Shown here: positions 12,201 through 47,124 of the stretch, in pieces
How positions within the stretch are numbered: the first letter of the stretch is position 1
Layout: each line of letters begins with the position of its first letter
Origin: Chrysomallon squamiferum
Lineage: Eukaryota; Animalia; Mollusca
Assembly: GCA_012295275.1 (NCBI GenBank)
Contig: CM022672.1
Location: 20,646,001 to 20,710,000 of the forward strand
DNA length: 64,000 nucleotides
Direction: 5' to 3'
Notes under the pieces: model-generated
What the model was told of the DNA's origin: nothing
What the model saw: only the letters and a program-made list of their open reading frames with translations
Database searches by the model: none
Translations under genes and position numbers: made by a program

Positions 12201-15200
12201 ATTTAATTATTTTTGCAGTCGTAGTAATAGTTTGTTTTAACAAAATCTGTCGATATTTGAATTACACTAAAAGTTAAATTCCTTAGTTTTGGGCATTGTT
12301 TGTTTCTTTTTAAAAAAAACAAAACAAAACAAACCCAACCAAACAAAAAAATAAATTAAAAAAATACCCCCCCCCCCCGAACAAAACAAACAAACAAAAA
12401 ACCAACATATACATGTAACTCTTTTGCCAATTTGTTCACATTCTATAAATACAATATCAGTGCCTTCACAACTAACTGAATCAGTATCTGTCTCGAAACT
12501 GGACACTTAGGATACTGGTGAAATGGTACATTTTTTTTCAAGAGATGTTTTTCTGAAGATCATCCAATTTTTAAATAATTTCTACAAGTACAAAAATAAG
12601 GGATTTTTGAGTGACATTTTGGAAAATGTAAATTAAGATTTTCTGAATTTTTTAATTTTTATTATGTCTTAACATTTTGTGTATGTGAGTGCATGCACAT
12701 TTTCACTCCTTCATTCATATTGTTAAATGTTACAAAATTCGACAATTAACTTTGATAATAATAATAATATAATAATAATATTATACTGTGTTAGTAAACC
12801 CCACCAAAAAAAAGATGTCAGAACAAAGATTTCATGCCATTTGAATGTTTATAATATAAAGAAAAGAGAAAAACCAGAAACAAGCAAACATTGTGTGAAA
12901 ATGAAAAAGGAGAAAAGCAGCAATAAAAATAATAGAAACTTATCAACACAGTTTACTAGGCACTGGGATAGTGTTGAAAGAAAGTATTTCTAATAAAATA
13001 ATAATTAAAACAGACGTGAAATAAAATTCAGAAACTGAGTGGTACACAAATATTGGCAATATTTTCTTAATATAAATTAAGAAATCAATAAAATTACATA
13101 TTTTATTTTTAATACTACTACTGCCACTTCTACTGTTACTACTAATAATAGTAACAATGATATAATTTAAAATACTTTCTTTAGACATATAACAAGAATA
13201 AAAATGTTTAATGTTCCTAATTGTGCGGGACAATTCGTTATATTTGGAATATTTTGCAACATTTCATTTAATGATAAAATAATAATAAAAAAAGAAAATA
13301 TGAAAAACTGTAGAAAGAAAAAGAAAACTAATAAATGAATAAATAAAATATATTTTTTCATTGTCTACCATACTAGAAATACATCATCAATGGTTTCCAG
13401 TTTTGACCTATGAAGAAGTGTTACTAAAGATATAGACTGAAACATTAATTCACTGAATTATTCATAGGACATTCATTAATCATGAGTATAATTAAACTAA
13501 CAATTTTTATTAAATATGAAATAATAAACAGAATAATACATTGATGTATTGATGAATAAGAGGAAAGGGGATAACCAGTTAAGAAGAATCAATAAGAAAA
13601 TACAATATATAAACTTGGAAATAGTAAGAAAAAAGAAGATGTGATAAAGAAGAAAGTGGAAAAATAAGTATTGTAAAGATTAAACAATAAAACCAAAAAT
13701 AAATCATCAAATAGATAAAAAATAAAACATGGATATAAAGAAATAAAAATAAGTAATTCAAATTCCAAAAAAAAATATGAAGAAACATGAAGACAAAAAT
13801 AAGCAACAAAAAGACAAAAGTATAAGAAGAAAAAGAACAGTAAGTTAAAAAAAAAAGAGAAAAATTAAAGTATATGAAATAAAATGTTAGAAGCCCAAAA
13901 TAATCAGTGTTTGTGTAAAATGAAACAAGAAATTTTCTTTATAAATGCATTATAAATATAAAAAATAAAAATAAATGAGAAAGAAATGTGGATATTATAT
14001 AAAAAAGTAAAAACAGAATTGAATCAGTATATTTTCATCTATTTGGAACATATCCTTTAAGCTGAAATATTGTGTGAACATTTTCCTTAGGATATAGATG
14101 CATGTTACTGTTCATTTGACATATTAAAATTAGTTCACTTGGTTTTATTTCATTATAATTTTTCAGTTATATTTTCAATTTTTTAAATTGTGAACCAAAA
14201 TTATATATATATCCCTTATCAAAATAATTTTAATTTTTTAAATTTTTTTTAAATTTATAAATGGGCTTCTAAGAAATGGATATCTAAGAAGTGGAACTAG
14301 AAACAGATTTTAAAAATACTGAAGTAACTAGTGATGTGACAAAAATGTGATTGTATACCCAAGATGCATTGACTACAGAATTCTTGGTTTGAAAGATGAC
14401 TGAAACCAAGGGAGATAACAAGAGAAAGCAGAATTGAAAATCAAAATATTGAAATTATAGGTGCTAAATTTATCATATCTATTCTCTGCAGCCTGATGGA
14501 AACTATTATAGCTGGACCAATAATCAACAGTTTAAGGATCAATAAATTAATTGGTTGAAATTTAAAAGGTTATTGAAATTTGTCTCTTTATGAATTAAAA
14601 CTGGAAACAGGGAAGAAGATGGACATTTTGAATAATAAGGACAGTGAAAATGTACTGAATTGGTATGATAAAGCATGTAAATCTTACAATAGTAAATTTA
14701 AAAATGATATGAAATATCAAATGAATGTCGAAGTTACTGATGGCCATAATAATGTGCTTTATGTGAGAAAATGTGATAAAGATAATAAATGACTTGGATA
14801 AATATGCTGGTCTAGAATCACTATCTTTCACCATAGTGAAACTGGTTAAAAATGTTAAAATGAGACTGATATATAGATTTGTTTAAATTTTGTGAAAACT
14901 AAATTTGTGTGAATACATTTCTGTGAACTATTAAATACACCAAGGATACATATTAAAAGTCTAACATTAGCAGAAATAAAGAAAATTTATAATCATGTAA
15001 AATCGTTGTATAAATAAATCAAATCCTATATAAATTGGTCTTTTGCTTTTTTGCTTTAATTTAATTTTATTATTATTATTATTATTATTAAATTCTTCAA
15101 TCAACACAATGTTTATTCTTAAAACATTTGGGTGAGGTGTGGTCCAGATGAAGATCAACAGAATCATAAAAAATCTCCAGATACAAACATTTAAGGAAAA

Positions 15201-16795
15201 GTACTGGATGAAAATGATCTTTGTATGATAAATAAACCTTGGCACATTTTAAAACAAATTAAAACAAATATAGTGATTAAGAAATGACTTATATTTTTCA
15301 TATTTTTGTTTCATATTTTCATAAAATGTATTAACTAAAAGGAATTCTCAGTGTCAGTAGAAAGTACATATTACCCACTACAGTAAAAAGGTGAAAAAAC
15401 AAATAAAACAAAAACAAATAAAGAATAAAAAAACAAAACAAAAAGAAAAACAACAAAAACCCCCACCCCAAAACCCCCCAAAACAACAAGCAGAAACATC
15501 AACATTTATCTAAAACATCAGAATTTAAAAGAAATGTAATGCTAGTTCATCCAAAAATAAAATAACATAAATAAGTAATAGTAATAAAAATAGAAACCAT
15601 AAATCATATGTAAAACATTAAGGGGAATAACTCAAATAGCCTGTCTAAAGAAAAATATCCAAACTTTAATTAACTATCTTGAAGATCAGTTGTTGTGATT
15701 CGCTTCAAATCTAGTTTGTAATTAAAATGTTTTTTTTAATAGTATTATGCCCAATTAAAAGCTGTTCTTATGGGAAGAAAAAAACAAAAAGAAAACAAAT
15801 CAAAAAATGGAAAAGAAAAGTTTTGATTTCAGATAACCTTATTCTACACTTAATAATAACAATGTTTTTACTGGGTGTAAAGAAAAACACAATTTTTAAA
15901 TGTTTATTAATATCTTTATTGAAAATACAAAAAAAATACATGTTATCTCCAGAGTGTTATGATTAGTACAATAGCCAATGATATACAAAAGATTAAAAAA
16001 CAAACATAACAAATGTAGCATAAAACATTATATCAGGGTGGATGATTAAAAAATACTAAAATTTATAATGATTAGATTAGTTTAAAATCTGACACTCTTT
16101 AAACAAGTTTACAGGTAAGAACCTGAACTATCTGGTACATTACTGTTATAAAGTATGAGTGTCTGAATTACATTCAAATCTGGTTTCATTTTGTAATTAA
16201 GTGGAATATGTTGATGTAAAACAAAAAGAAGAAAAAAAAAATTAAATTGGGAAGTTTTCAAAAAATCATTTAAATTGTAATTTAGTTTAAATCAAAATGA
16301 TTAAATCACCCAAACCTGATATATTCCTGTTTTAATATCAATATAATATACACAATTTGTATTTCTCAATACTATTAGAAATAAGTAAAATACAGTTACA
16401 TATAACAACAAAAGCAAGTAAGAAAACATTTTTAAATACACTGATTAAAAATAGAGTGAAGGAAATATGAACTAAATTCTAGTGTTGTATAATAAAATGC
16501 AAAGATATTTATTGTAAATGGATAAAACAATACTAATATGTCTCATATTATAAATACCACAAATTTTATCTGAACAAGTTTAAAATTCTAATTTCCAATT
16601 AAGAATAACTCGGATGGATGCCAATGGTATATATTTTTTCACTTATTATGAAATATTTTAATTTTCATTTAATTACAAATTGAGGTATAATTATTTTATT
16701 TGATTCAGTCTTTTGTGTTTTTTTACTAGTTACCTAATTAATATTGGATTATTTCCCATTTGATTTATTAAAAATATCAATAGAATTTACTTTAC

Positions 16796-16963
16796 AAGAG
16801 GTGTAGCGTTGGTTGCCAGTGCCTGGGGCAAGGCAAGTGTACTGCACCCCTAACCCCAGGAAATTAGCCATCCCTGAGCCCTTTCCAGTAGTCAAGTAGT
16901 AAACCTAAGAATTTTTGTGCCCAGAGCAACTGCCCCTGTGGCTCCATCCATGCTATGCCACTG
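16796..16963. mobile_element. Short degenerate hAT-like MITE
   Basis: Seen: GC-rich 170-bp island from aagaggtgtagc to gctatgccactg (CAGTGGCGTAGC-type TIR). A more decayed copy is at ~49690-49780. Confidence 0.55.
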
Positions 16964-17644
16964 TACAAGAAACATCATAAAATAAATTGATAAAAATTTA
17001 CATTCAACAAGATATATACCACTAGTACCTGAAACCAAAATAAGAAATATGCACACAAACACATATATTAAAATGTATTATATAATACACACTTAAAAAG
17101 ACAACACATTCACCATGAATGTTTTTTCATAAAGGCTTTTTTTTTTATTTATTTTTTTATTTTTTTTCACCATCTTAATAAATTTTCTGTTAAATAGCTA
17201 CTAAAATATTTTTGTCAGAAGTATACATGTTTGGTAAGTTAGTTAGTTCTTTTGAAAATTTCTCTTTTTAGACTATTTGAATTGACAGATGTTTATGTAG
17301 TACAAATACTGAGTTAAGACCTTTCTGTTCTGTCTAATAAATGTCTATGGGCAACGAAAAAAGAAGAAATATTATAAATATGAAACAGGGTTCCACTTTT
17401 GAGAAGATTTATCTCTGACACTTTGATTCTGTCTCTCACATGTTTAGATCGAGGTAATTTCTGATTTATAGTCTAAACTTCATTTTCAATACATAATACT
17501 AAAATTGAAATACAGTTTTTAATTACATTTTTTTAAAGTCATTTACAAATTAATGACAATATGTGTTTTCACAAAAAAAGTATTCAGTTTTATTTCAACT
17601 CCATTAGTTGTTACTTTGTAGATGAATTTAAAATTTAACTCTAA

Positions 17645-18075
17645 ATGAGAAAAATCTTCCTTTATATAAAATTATGCACTGTTTTAACCAATACATAAGA
17701 TTCCTTATGCTGTCTTTTTTTGTCCGCTCAAACAATTGTTATTTTATTATTTCTCATAGTTACAAAACTGCAAAATAAATTGAAATATAAAATTGTAAAA
17801 ATCTTCCTTGATATACAATTATGCATTCTTTTAAGTAATACAAAAACTTTCTTATACTATCTTTTTTGTCCCCCGCCAAAAAATTGTTATTTTGTTACTA
17901 TAAAACTGCAAAATAATTCTAAATGAAATATAAAATTAAGAAAATCTTCTTTGATATAAAATTATGCATTGTTTTAACTAATACAAAAGCTTTCTTATTC
18001 TGTATGTTTTTTTTCTCCCATCAAACAATTGTTAAATTATTAAATTATTATATCTCATAGTTACTAAACTGCAAA
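17645..18075. repeat. ~145-bp degenerate tandem repeat x3 just downstream of the copy-A stop codon
   Basis: Seen: aaaatcttc(c/t)tt(t/g)ata(t/c)aa(a)ttatgca at ~17652, ~17798 and ~17941. Paralogous array at ~50480-50840. Confidence 0.8.
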
Positions 18076-18112
18076 CTGTCTATTTTTGTCTTCTCAGAAG
18101 ATTATCATTTTA

Positions 18113-37875
<19,763 letters not shown>

Positions 37876-38435
37876 CTTGATTTGATGTTTCTTCGAAAAT
37901 GAATAAGGCGCTGTGGATCAGGAAGTTATTCGTCAAAGGAAAAATCCAGTGCCAAATTTAAAAAAAAAAAAAAGCCCACAAAGGAAAACAAAACAAGTAA
38001 TAATACGTGCTGAAATATACGGGTATACAAGAAGGAAGTATATTATAGTTGCATGACATATTTCTTCCCTGAATATTTTTATACTTATTTACATTTCAAA
38101 GTTTTGGTTTATTACACAAAAACATTTTCTGCTAGATAAAAAGGAACAAGAAGTAAAAAAAGAAGGAAATACTACGATTTTCTATTACAAAGTCTGATTA
38201 ATATTAATGATGATGATGATGTGATTATAATAATAATATTTAAAAAATTGATTTTAGAATAAATGATCTTTCAGAGATCAACATAAATTGCATTATCGAA
38301 ATCTTTTTTAAATGACAATATTTTCAATGACTTATATATATATATGTATATATATATATGCGTGTGGGTGTCCGTCTCTCCGTTGTGCGTATTCTGGTTT
38401 CCGTCTTGCATTTTTCGTAAGTTATTATTACAGTG

Positions 38436-38520
38436 GAAACATCAAATCAAGATGGATTAGAAAAAATGTTCACTTCTGTGTTTGTTATCCTTTTGTATCT
38501 TTAGCTCATTGGTAAGGGTA
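38436..38520 (+). pseudogene. Inverted dead copy of the receptor signal-peptide exon 1
   Basis: Seen: gaaacatcaaatcaagATGGA (38436-38456) is the exact reverse complement of 37871-37891. It continues ATG GAT TAG (stop) ...TCACTTCTGTGTTT...TTTAGCTCAT and ends at a GGTAAG donor-like site. Confidence 0.85.
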
Positions 38521-40493
38521 ACATATTTGATATCTATATGTATATAAGTTGCAAATGGCAATTAAACATAAGTTCTGGTGAACAACAGACAGAAATGCCT
38601 TTGCTGTTGTTTGATAACGTCACTTACAGCTACGTTTAACATATATACCCAGTTGAAACGTTGAGAGAACCCAGAGTTTCCAAGGTTATTCTAATTTGGG
38701 AAGCCATATTAGTTAAACTTAAGTTTTGTAGAAAACAACAACATAATTGAATAAAGATGTTTATTAGAAATCAATAGGAGAAAACAAATCGTTGATTACA
38801 TCATATATGCGGTATTCGTAAACAATATATGTGTTCAGAGAAAAGAAGGCTGGGATAAAATAGAAAGAAAAATAAACAGTGATCCAGAAAGATACCTAGG
38901 GATTCAGGAGCATTCAGGATCTGGAAACACATCAAACAAAAGATGGTTTGTTAACTTGCAGGACAATATCATTTTGATGCACTCATTTTAATTCTTCTTT
39001 AAAACAAAAACAATAGGTCAGACCTGATATCTTTTTGTATTAAGTATAACTATATGTAAGGGTTTATATTGTCCATGCTTATAAATATTTAACATTCATT
39101 TTATATGCAGGATTATGTTAGAATATCTTGGCTCTATAGTTATTCACCTGTTACAATTTTTGGTTTTTAATCAGGTGCTTCTTGAACAGGGAAAAACTTT
39201 CAATACAGAAACTTCACATTATGCAAAATGTGCAACTAAAACTCTTTTTGAATGTCTCTAAATACGCTTGCTTCAAAGTACATTTAAAAATACATTGGAC
39301 AAAAACTACCTGCATTTAAAAATATTATTTATTTATGAAATATTTAAAATGAAAATTCATCTCAAATATATTATGTGGCACAATTGGTTTGGGGTATTGA
39401 ATTAGATCCACGTATCTTGTTACAGCAAATACTAAATGAGAATTTTTGTTTTTTCAATTGTCAGTACTATCCCATGCTCTACATACTCCAGTTTTATAAA
39501 GATACCGAGTAAAGTTTTGCATTGTCATTGTAATGTATTAGTTGCTGAATGCAAGTGGAAAGATCTTTCATGACTAAAGACATACGACTCATGCAGGCAG
39601 TATTGTTATGTTAATGTTCTTCCTTTATTGCAGCCAATAAAATGCTCAACATAATTATTATGGCTCATGTTATTACTAAATGAAAATATTCACAAACTTC
39701 ACTAATTAATCGGTTAACAAACAAAGTTTCTTAACTCATTGTCAACTCTTAGACACATACATACACACACGCACACCCACAGACTAATTAATTAAATGAT
39801 TAGATTTAATTATTTTCTTAACTCTCTGTCTTTTTATTTATTTACGTATTTATTAAATTATATTATTAAATGCATTTAAATACAAAAGCTCGCAGTTACT
39901 AAAACGATTTATTTATGGCATAAAAACGTTTAAATTTTTTCGATGGAACTTGTTATACAGTTAACAATGAACAAAAAAGTTATTTACTTGTGTTGAATAT
40001 GATTTAAATAATATTTAACACGCAAAAAAGATAAATATTTTAGTTATTATTTACGTCAGTTTAAACCAAAACGTGGGAACGCTATTCACTTCTAATGAAG
40101 CGAGCTGAACTTTAATTATTTTCTTATCAAAACGATTATCAAACAGGAAACTTATATTTCTTTTATTATCTGTATAATATTTTCAAGTACATTTATCACA
40201 ACTTGTGACAGGTCGGAATTGAACAGTTTAAGCCTCAGAACAGACACGGTGTAATAAAAGAAGATAAAAATAATCGCATCCTGGTTACAAACAATGTACC
40301 TGGCCTTCATCCAAATTGACTGCTGCTTTTCTATGATCTGTTCATATCGAATTTAGGTTGTTAAATGAAAGAAGAGACTAGAACAAACACTCTTTTTTTG
40401 ATGACACACATTCGAACATATATATGTATATATTTAACACGCATGAGTGAGTAAATAACAGATAAAATGTGCAAAGGAGAAATATTAGAAGAA

Positions 40494-40568
<75 letters not shown>

Positions 40569-42719
40569 GTCACAAATTAATGTATATGCAAATTATTTTT
40601 GCACGTTTTCAAACCACTTTATTTGGTTATATTCAAGAGTTAAAATATATACAGATTGATTTATCATTAATAACATATTTTAAAAAAATGATTTTTTTTT
40701 TTTTTTTTTTAAAGTAGTTTCATCTTTTGCTTTCAATTTTATTATTTCGCAACATAAATAATGGTATTTTTTACAAACATATAACCCTACTTTATTTTAT
40801 CTGAAGAATATTAAACATATTTTGTTTCGATGAAGAAATTATGTCAAATGTAGATAGAGAATTAAAGAGAAGAGTAACTTAAAATAATTCCAATATCACG
40901 TATACGAAAATACTTACAATGCGGTAAACACTATAAACAAGAAGTAGCAAGGTACCGATTCATTTTTTTTTTTTTTTTTTTTATCATGTAGTTATCTAAA
41001 TTAAGTATTGACGTAAATGTATATCAATGTCCATATTCGCAGAAATCTATAAATGTATGTATTTTCAAATTATTATTATTTCTTCAACGTTTCACATTAA
41101 TCCAGATCCGTTTTTTGAAATAAATAAATAAACAACACAGACACAGATACAAATTTACAGATAAGACACTCATGTATTAAAATAATATTTAATAACAGCA
41201 ATAAAAGAAAGCGAATAATAATAAACTAAAAACTGTCGTGGATTAATTTTCACTCTCATATTTATAACTGGCATACCTATAATGAACTTGTTATTATTAT
41301 TATTTATTTGTTTTATTGTGTAACAAAGGATGGTAATTAATAAAAATCCACCTAGCTGTTAAGATTGGTAATCTGTTAATCTCATACTATGTAGATACTC
41401 ATATTTAAAATAATCAAGTTATCAATAAAGACTGGCGAACACTGAAAGGTAACAAAGGTGGTTTTTTGTGTTTTTTTGTTTTTCACGGAGGCCACTGAGA
41501 TTACCTAGTATTTTTGTACGGAAGACATTCAGAACTATCTTCCATTTAGTCAGTTTAAAGAAAAATCAACGAAGTTAATGTAATAATTGGTATCCAGTGT
41601 TCAGTTGGCGGGTCGGACTAAAATCCATCGCGGGTCAAGTGTTGCCGAGCCCGGGCTTAGAGAACTGTGAACAGTTCAACCACAAAGCGCAGGCGGGTTA
41701 CAATAATAAACCTAGAGAAGTGCGAGAGAAACGAGTCGAACGAGTTATTTGTGAAGATTTAGCGGCCTCTATTAATGTTACCAGAGATTTCGCTGCCCAA
41801 CAACAATTAACATTTGCATTCTTATCTAAAACGTTAAACATTTATTTATTCATTCATTACTTATGTACGCATGGATTATTTCGCAGTACGCTAAATTCAT
41901 CAAGTATCTTGTTTTCTACTTAAGTACCCTGCCACAGTCCTCTTCCGTCTTCTAACCAGTTCAGTCACATCTCTGATCTTTGTTTTATCTCTAACCCAGA
42001 TTTGTGTTTTTCGGTCTTGATATGTGATGATTAACAGACTGATTTTCATCTTTGTTTGTTCGGCTGCTGCTTTGTTCTTTTCAGGTTTACGTAGTGATTA
42101 TGTAGACATTTCTTTTCAGAATGTTGATCTTTTCACAAAGGAACTCAGTATTAAGTGACTGAATGTGGCTTTAAACTATTTTAGATATTGTATCAGCCAT
42201 ACAGGGATGGTAATTAACAAAAATCTACCAAGCTGTTTAGATTAGTAATATGTTAATCTCAACATAAATAGATACTCATATTTAATCGGTCTTTTTTTAT
42301 GTGTCAAGCAGATTATTTTTTTCACAAATTCGGCGATAAATATAGAAAAAAGAAGAAAAAAGCATAACTAAATATTATCATCAACCTCATTATTGTTATT
42401 ATTATTATTATTATTATTATTAATACTTTGTAATACAAAATGCATAGTATTTCCTTCTCTTTTTTTTTTCTTGTTTCTTTTTATGCAACTGAAAGAAATG
42501 ATTTTCGAAAATGTTTGAACACGATAAACCAAAACTTTAAAATGTAAATAAATATTATCAAGCAACTGTAATATACTTCCTTCTTGTACACCACTATTTT
42601 TCAGCTCATATTATTATGGCATTTTTAAATTGTTTTTGGTTCAATAAATTTCAAAGCAACAGGCATTTAAAAACAAATAGTTTATAAATAAGGATGTTAA
42701 CTTAAAGAAATAATTCTAC

Positions 42720-43184
42720 AGATGTGATTTGGCGAGCGGCAAGCCAAGACCATGTCAGCTATTTGTGTTTCAAAATCTAAGTAAGTATCAAGTTATCTAC
42801 AAAGACTGGCGAACACTGAAAGGAGATAAGGTTCTTTGTTCTTTCTTTCTTTCTTTCTTTCTTTTTTAATGCAGACCACTGAGAGCTGTCCGGTTATTTC
42901 GTACGGAAGATATTCAGAATTATCTGCAATTTAGCCAGTTCTGTCCCACAGAGCACAGGGCTATTTTCTTGTGACAAGTCGAAATAAAGCGGACTGGATG
43001 TCGTGTACGGCAATCAGTTTAAAGGTGAACCGTCTTTGTGTTTTCTTTTAGTAACGCAAATGAAATATACAATTACCAATGCATTGTCTAGAGCAGGGTC
43101 AGAATCTTTTGGATAGAGGGGGTCTGACAGCTTCGCAGTGTTTTGGAAGAGATCCACGATATCAATCCCACACACACCCACACC

Positions 43185-43235
<51 letters not shown>

Positions 43236-44035
43236 CGATCTCTCTCTCAATTCTAACTTCAATATTGAGAATCAAAAATGGATTCTAGGAAGCAAGGCTG
43301 CTTTGGTTTGGAGCTTTAAAGAAAAACAACAAAGTTAATGTAAAAATTGGAACATATAATAATAATAAGAAGAAGAAGAAGAAGAAGAAGAAGGAGAAGA
43401 AGAAGAAGAAGAAGAAGAAAGATAATTAATAAACAAACCAACTAACAAACAAAGTTAAATCATTACTTATAACTTATCACAATGATTTTGACTTCTCTAC
43501 ACCTCATATAGCAACACAGCTCGCTAATTCGTAAACCAGTAGTCTGGAAAGCCCGTTTTTGCAGCACATTTATGACGTGCCATTGCATGTAATAAAATTA
43601 TGACCGCGGTACATATAATACTACCGTATAGAATAGTTGTCGTACGTACAATTATAACAGCCTGACATAAGTGTGACCAATAGTAATAATATATTCCGTA
43701 AAACATTGTATCTAGTATATACTAAATGAAAGTTATTATTCATCGTATAATATATGATCGTACTTTTTTTTACTACATACTTATTCAGCAGCTCTCTAAA
43801 ATTAAAATTATTTACTTAATATATTCAAACAATGACATTAGCCATATTAATAGCGTCCTTTTGACTGACCTTTTTCTTTTTGATTTGACAAAAACATCCC
43901 CTTACTCGATATGTCTATTTATTATATATGTGTATAGTTTATCAATTTAACAAGCAGTATCTACAAACTGGTTTGTCAGCTTGTACAATATTAACTGAAA
44001 TAAACTGCAAGATGCAACACACCCTCTATTTTCCT
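42720..44035 (+). repeat. Inverted duplicate of copy-A intron 1 segment (~36080-37170)
   Basis: Seen: agggctattttcttgtgacaagtcgaa (~42957) mirrors ttcgacttgtcacaagaaattagccct (~36937). gatgcaacacaccctctatt (~44011) mirrors aatagagggtgtgttgcatc (~36080). Block order is colinear and inverted. A further partial copy lies at ~41415-41545. Confidence 0.8.
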
Positions 44036-44112
44036 TTAACAGTTTATTTCGTAGGTGAAGTAGCAATCCAGTCTTTAAAATAATAATAATATTAATAATG
44101 ACGAAGACGATG

Positions 44113-44186
<74 letters not shown>

Positions 44187-44281
44187 GATATTAAATAAAT
44201 GAATAGAGCAAACAAACAATAATAATTCAAAGTCCTGAAGTTTTATGTCTTGAATACTGATTTAGCTAAATTTGTCTTCTT

Positions 44282-44312
<31 letters not shown>

Positions 44313-44367
44313 TTATTATTATTACGGAATTAATTTATTATTAAAACATTTGCATTCATGCACTTAC

Positions 44368-44819
44368 ATATCCTCCCAAATTCAGGTCCGCCTAGATGAA
44401 AACCTATTTGTGTTCGATATCTCGACTTGGCATATTTGGATAAGGAGTTTGTCCTGTCAGTCAGTTAAATATCGTTTTTAAGTATCTGACACAGAATATA
44501 TCAACTGATAAAGAGCTGACAATTTGTCAGAAAATATAGCGAATTATTCAATTAATCACAGAAGCACATTTGTATAACATCATGCACTTATTAGTTATAC
44601 GTACTGCTGAATATTAGTACTACTAATTAATAATGAATTAATCTTTGAAAAATTATTTTCGAAATTATTAAAGAGAAAATAAAAATTGTTTGAAATTAAG
44701 CTCAATAAACCTGACAAAAAATAAGAACGATAGTAGAATAACTGGGCTTGAGAAACACACACACACACACATGTATATAAACTTAGCAATCTTAAATAAT
44801 TATAATTATATACCTACAT

Positions 44820-44895
<76 letters not shown>

Positions 44896-45690
44896 GCCAC
44901 GGTTGTCTCCCATCAAACATATTAAAAATAAACTCACTTAAGTTGGAGATTTCCCAAAGAACGATGCCGCAAGACCATACATCACTCTTTTCATCAGCGT
45001 ATTTCATTGTCTTCCGACATTCTGGGCTGTCCATTTAATAGGAATCATGACCTGAAATGTTTTTTTTTTATGAAAGGTATTTCATTCATGCTGTTTTTAT
45101 TTCGAATATTTATAACAACAATCACAAATAAATAACAAACAACAATCTCGCACGCGAATTGTTTTTGAATAAATAAAATGACCCCCTTTGAATTTTCATC
45201 CTCCTCTTTGTTGTCTCCACGCTGAGGTCCAAATCCTGTAACTTTGACTTGCAAGATGAACGTCAGAAGCACATTTCTGGCTGCCAGCTTTTTGTGAACA
45301 ATCTGCCAATGGTACAAGTTTACTACTGCATGAAACAATCAGTAGTAACACAGTTTATGTTTAATCATATAAAATAAACATCGTTATTATAAGTTCAATA
45401 GAACACATTAAAATACTCTCGTAAGAAAAAGAAGATGTGTAATCATGTAAAATAAACACCATTATTATCGGTTGACTATAACAGATTTAAATATTCTTTA
45501 AAGAAAAGGAAGAATTTTAACAATATACAATGAAAACCATTATTATCGGTCTGAACAGAACAAACTGAAATAAACTTTAAAGAAGAGGAAGAGGAAAAAG
45601 AAGAAAAATGTACACACCAGAACAAGTGACAGATTTATGACATGTATATCAATATTTTAACTTTTATATTATATTATATTATTTTATTCA

Positions 45691-45737
<47 letters not shown>

Positions 45738-46201
45738 ACTACTACTACTACTATTTATTTATTTAATGTTTTAGGTTCACGTTAAAAGCTACTTGCGTTC
45801 ATCATTCTCGACGACTGTCCCCAGCATGGCAAGAATGTTTGGGTGTTCTCTTACCTCAGTGGCAGCAAAGTTACTTTTGGTTATCATGACTAGGACGTCA
45901 TCTTCTGATTCGTTGTCTGAGTAAAGAACAAATCTTCACAGTAGAACATTAATTTTATATGAAAAGGGTGTACTTCATTAAAAAGTATCTTTCAAACTGT
46001 CGGAAGTCTTAGTTATAACTTGGTTTCTAAGTGTCGTTTAAAAAGAGTAAAATTATTGGTTTTTCTTTATCAGTTTTCCTTCTTTGGTTCTGTAGTTGAT
46101 CCACACTTCAGTTCGCACGTAGCATGCTGGCGCATGGTTCCACCTGATTCTCGCCGAATCCTTGTTAACACTTTCACTTTGAATATGCATGGATCCCAAA
46201 A
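44368..46201 (-). pseudogene. Third, diverged and internally deleted copy (C) of the receptor pseudokinase
   Basis: Seen: half FN3 exon 46053-46201 (LGSMHIQSESVNKDSARIRWNHAPACYVRTEVWINY..stop); kinase exons 45797-45916 (GC donor), 45183-45302 (IVHKKLAARN..VTGFGPQRG), 44938-45051 (-1 frameshift at TAPE), 44368-44453 (8 nt short, in-frame TAG). TM exons, exon 16, exon 18 and the last exon were not found. Confidence 0.9.
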
Positions 46202-46821
46202 CTGAAAATACGAGCTGACCTTATTAAAGATATCGTTGAGAAAAATATACATATATGTTAGTTAATAAAGAAACACATACATACATACACACATAAATAC
46301 ATACATACGTACGTACGAACACAGTGATAATTTTGCTTATTGCTCACACAGAACAGGAAAAAGGAAATGTTTTAGTGAACGATATTAACACACTTTAAAT
46401 CAAAAGTTGTATTTCATTACATACAGAGCCAAGGATCTTACAGATGTTGGAAACTTGCAGCAGTCACTACTTCCTTCTTTTGAGAATCAAAAGACTTTAT
46501 ATTTACTGCCGCCTTTAGGCATGTAACAAATTAATTTTTGATTAACCAACTGAGATATAGACTCTTGAAACCAGGGTCGGTCTTAGGAGTAACGTTTGTA
46601 TCCCTAAATTTATAAAGATTACTACATTTTCAATGCATAGAATTTTGTATTCTTCCTCCAGTTGCAAAATCACTCTAAAAAATGTCATGCTGGTAAACAG
46701 CCAAAATCTATAATAATCAAGTCAACTATCTGCACACTGAAGGTAACCATTTATTTTGTGTATTGTTAACTGTAACAAAAATCGACAATTAACTTTGATG
46801 ATGACTATGATGATGATGATG

Positions 46822-46881
<60 letters not shown>

Positions 46882-47124
46882 TCTCATATGAATGTATGTA
46901 ATATTCATAAAAAAGAGAGAAAAAACAGAAACTAAAAAAAAATGATGAGGGTAAACAACAACAATAACAACAATACAAAATAATAATAAAACAAAATAAA
47001 ATTTAAACGGATCATCACAGACTACTATGCACTGGGATAATGTTTATTTCACACAGTACAAACCAAGTATTTTTAATAACATAATAAGTAAAACAGAAGT
47101 GAAATAAATTTAGAAACTGAATAT

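Noticed and set aside
12267-12506. Minus-strand ORF as an upstream Vax exon
   Set aside because: Non-ATG start, no Vax motif, no compatible splice donor, low-complexity end.
14580-14792. Plus-strand 70-aa ORF downstream of copy A
   Set aside because: Short, AT-rich, no recognisable motif or splice context; not retained in unit B.
40917-40987. Alternative first (signal-peptide) exon for copy A ending at GTAAGT
   Set aside because: Both ATGs run into TAG before the donor as assembled. Exon 37808-37875 gives a clean signal peptide in the right phase.
46020-46205. Plus-strand ORF containing RRILV, resembling Vax exon 1
   Set aside because: Wrong strand and position. It is the antisense of the FN3 remnant of relic C; the real Vax exon 1 is at 7647-7743.
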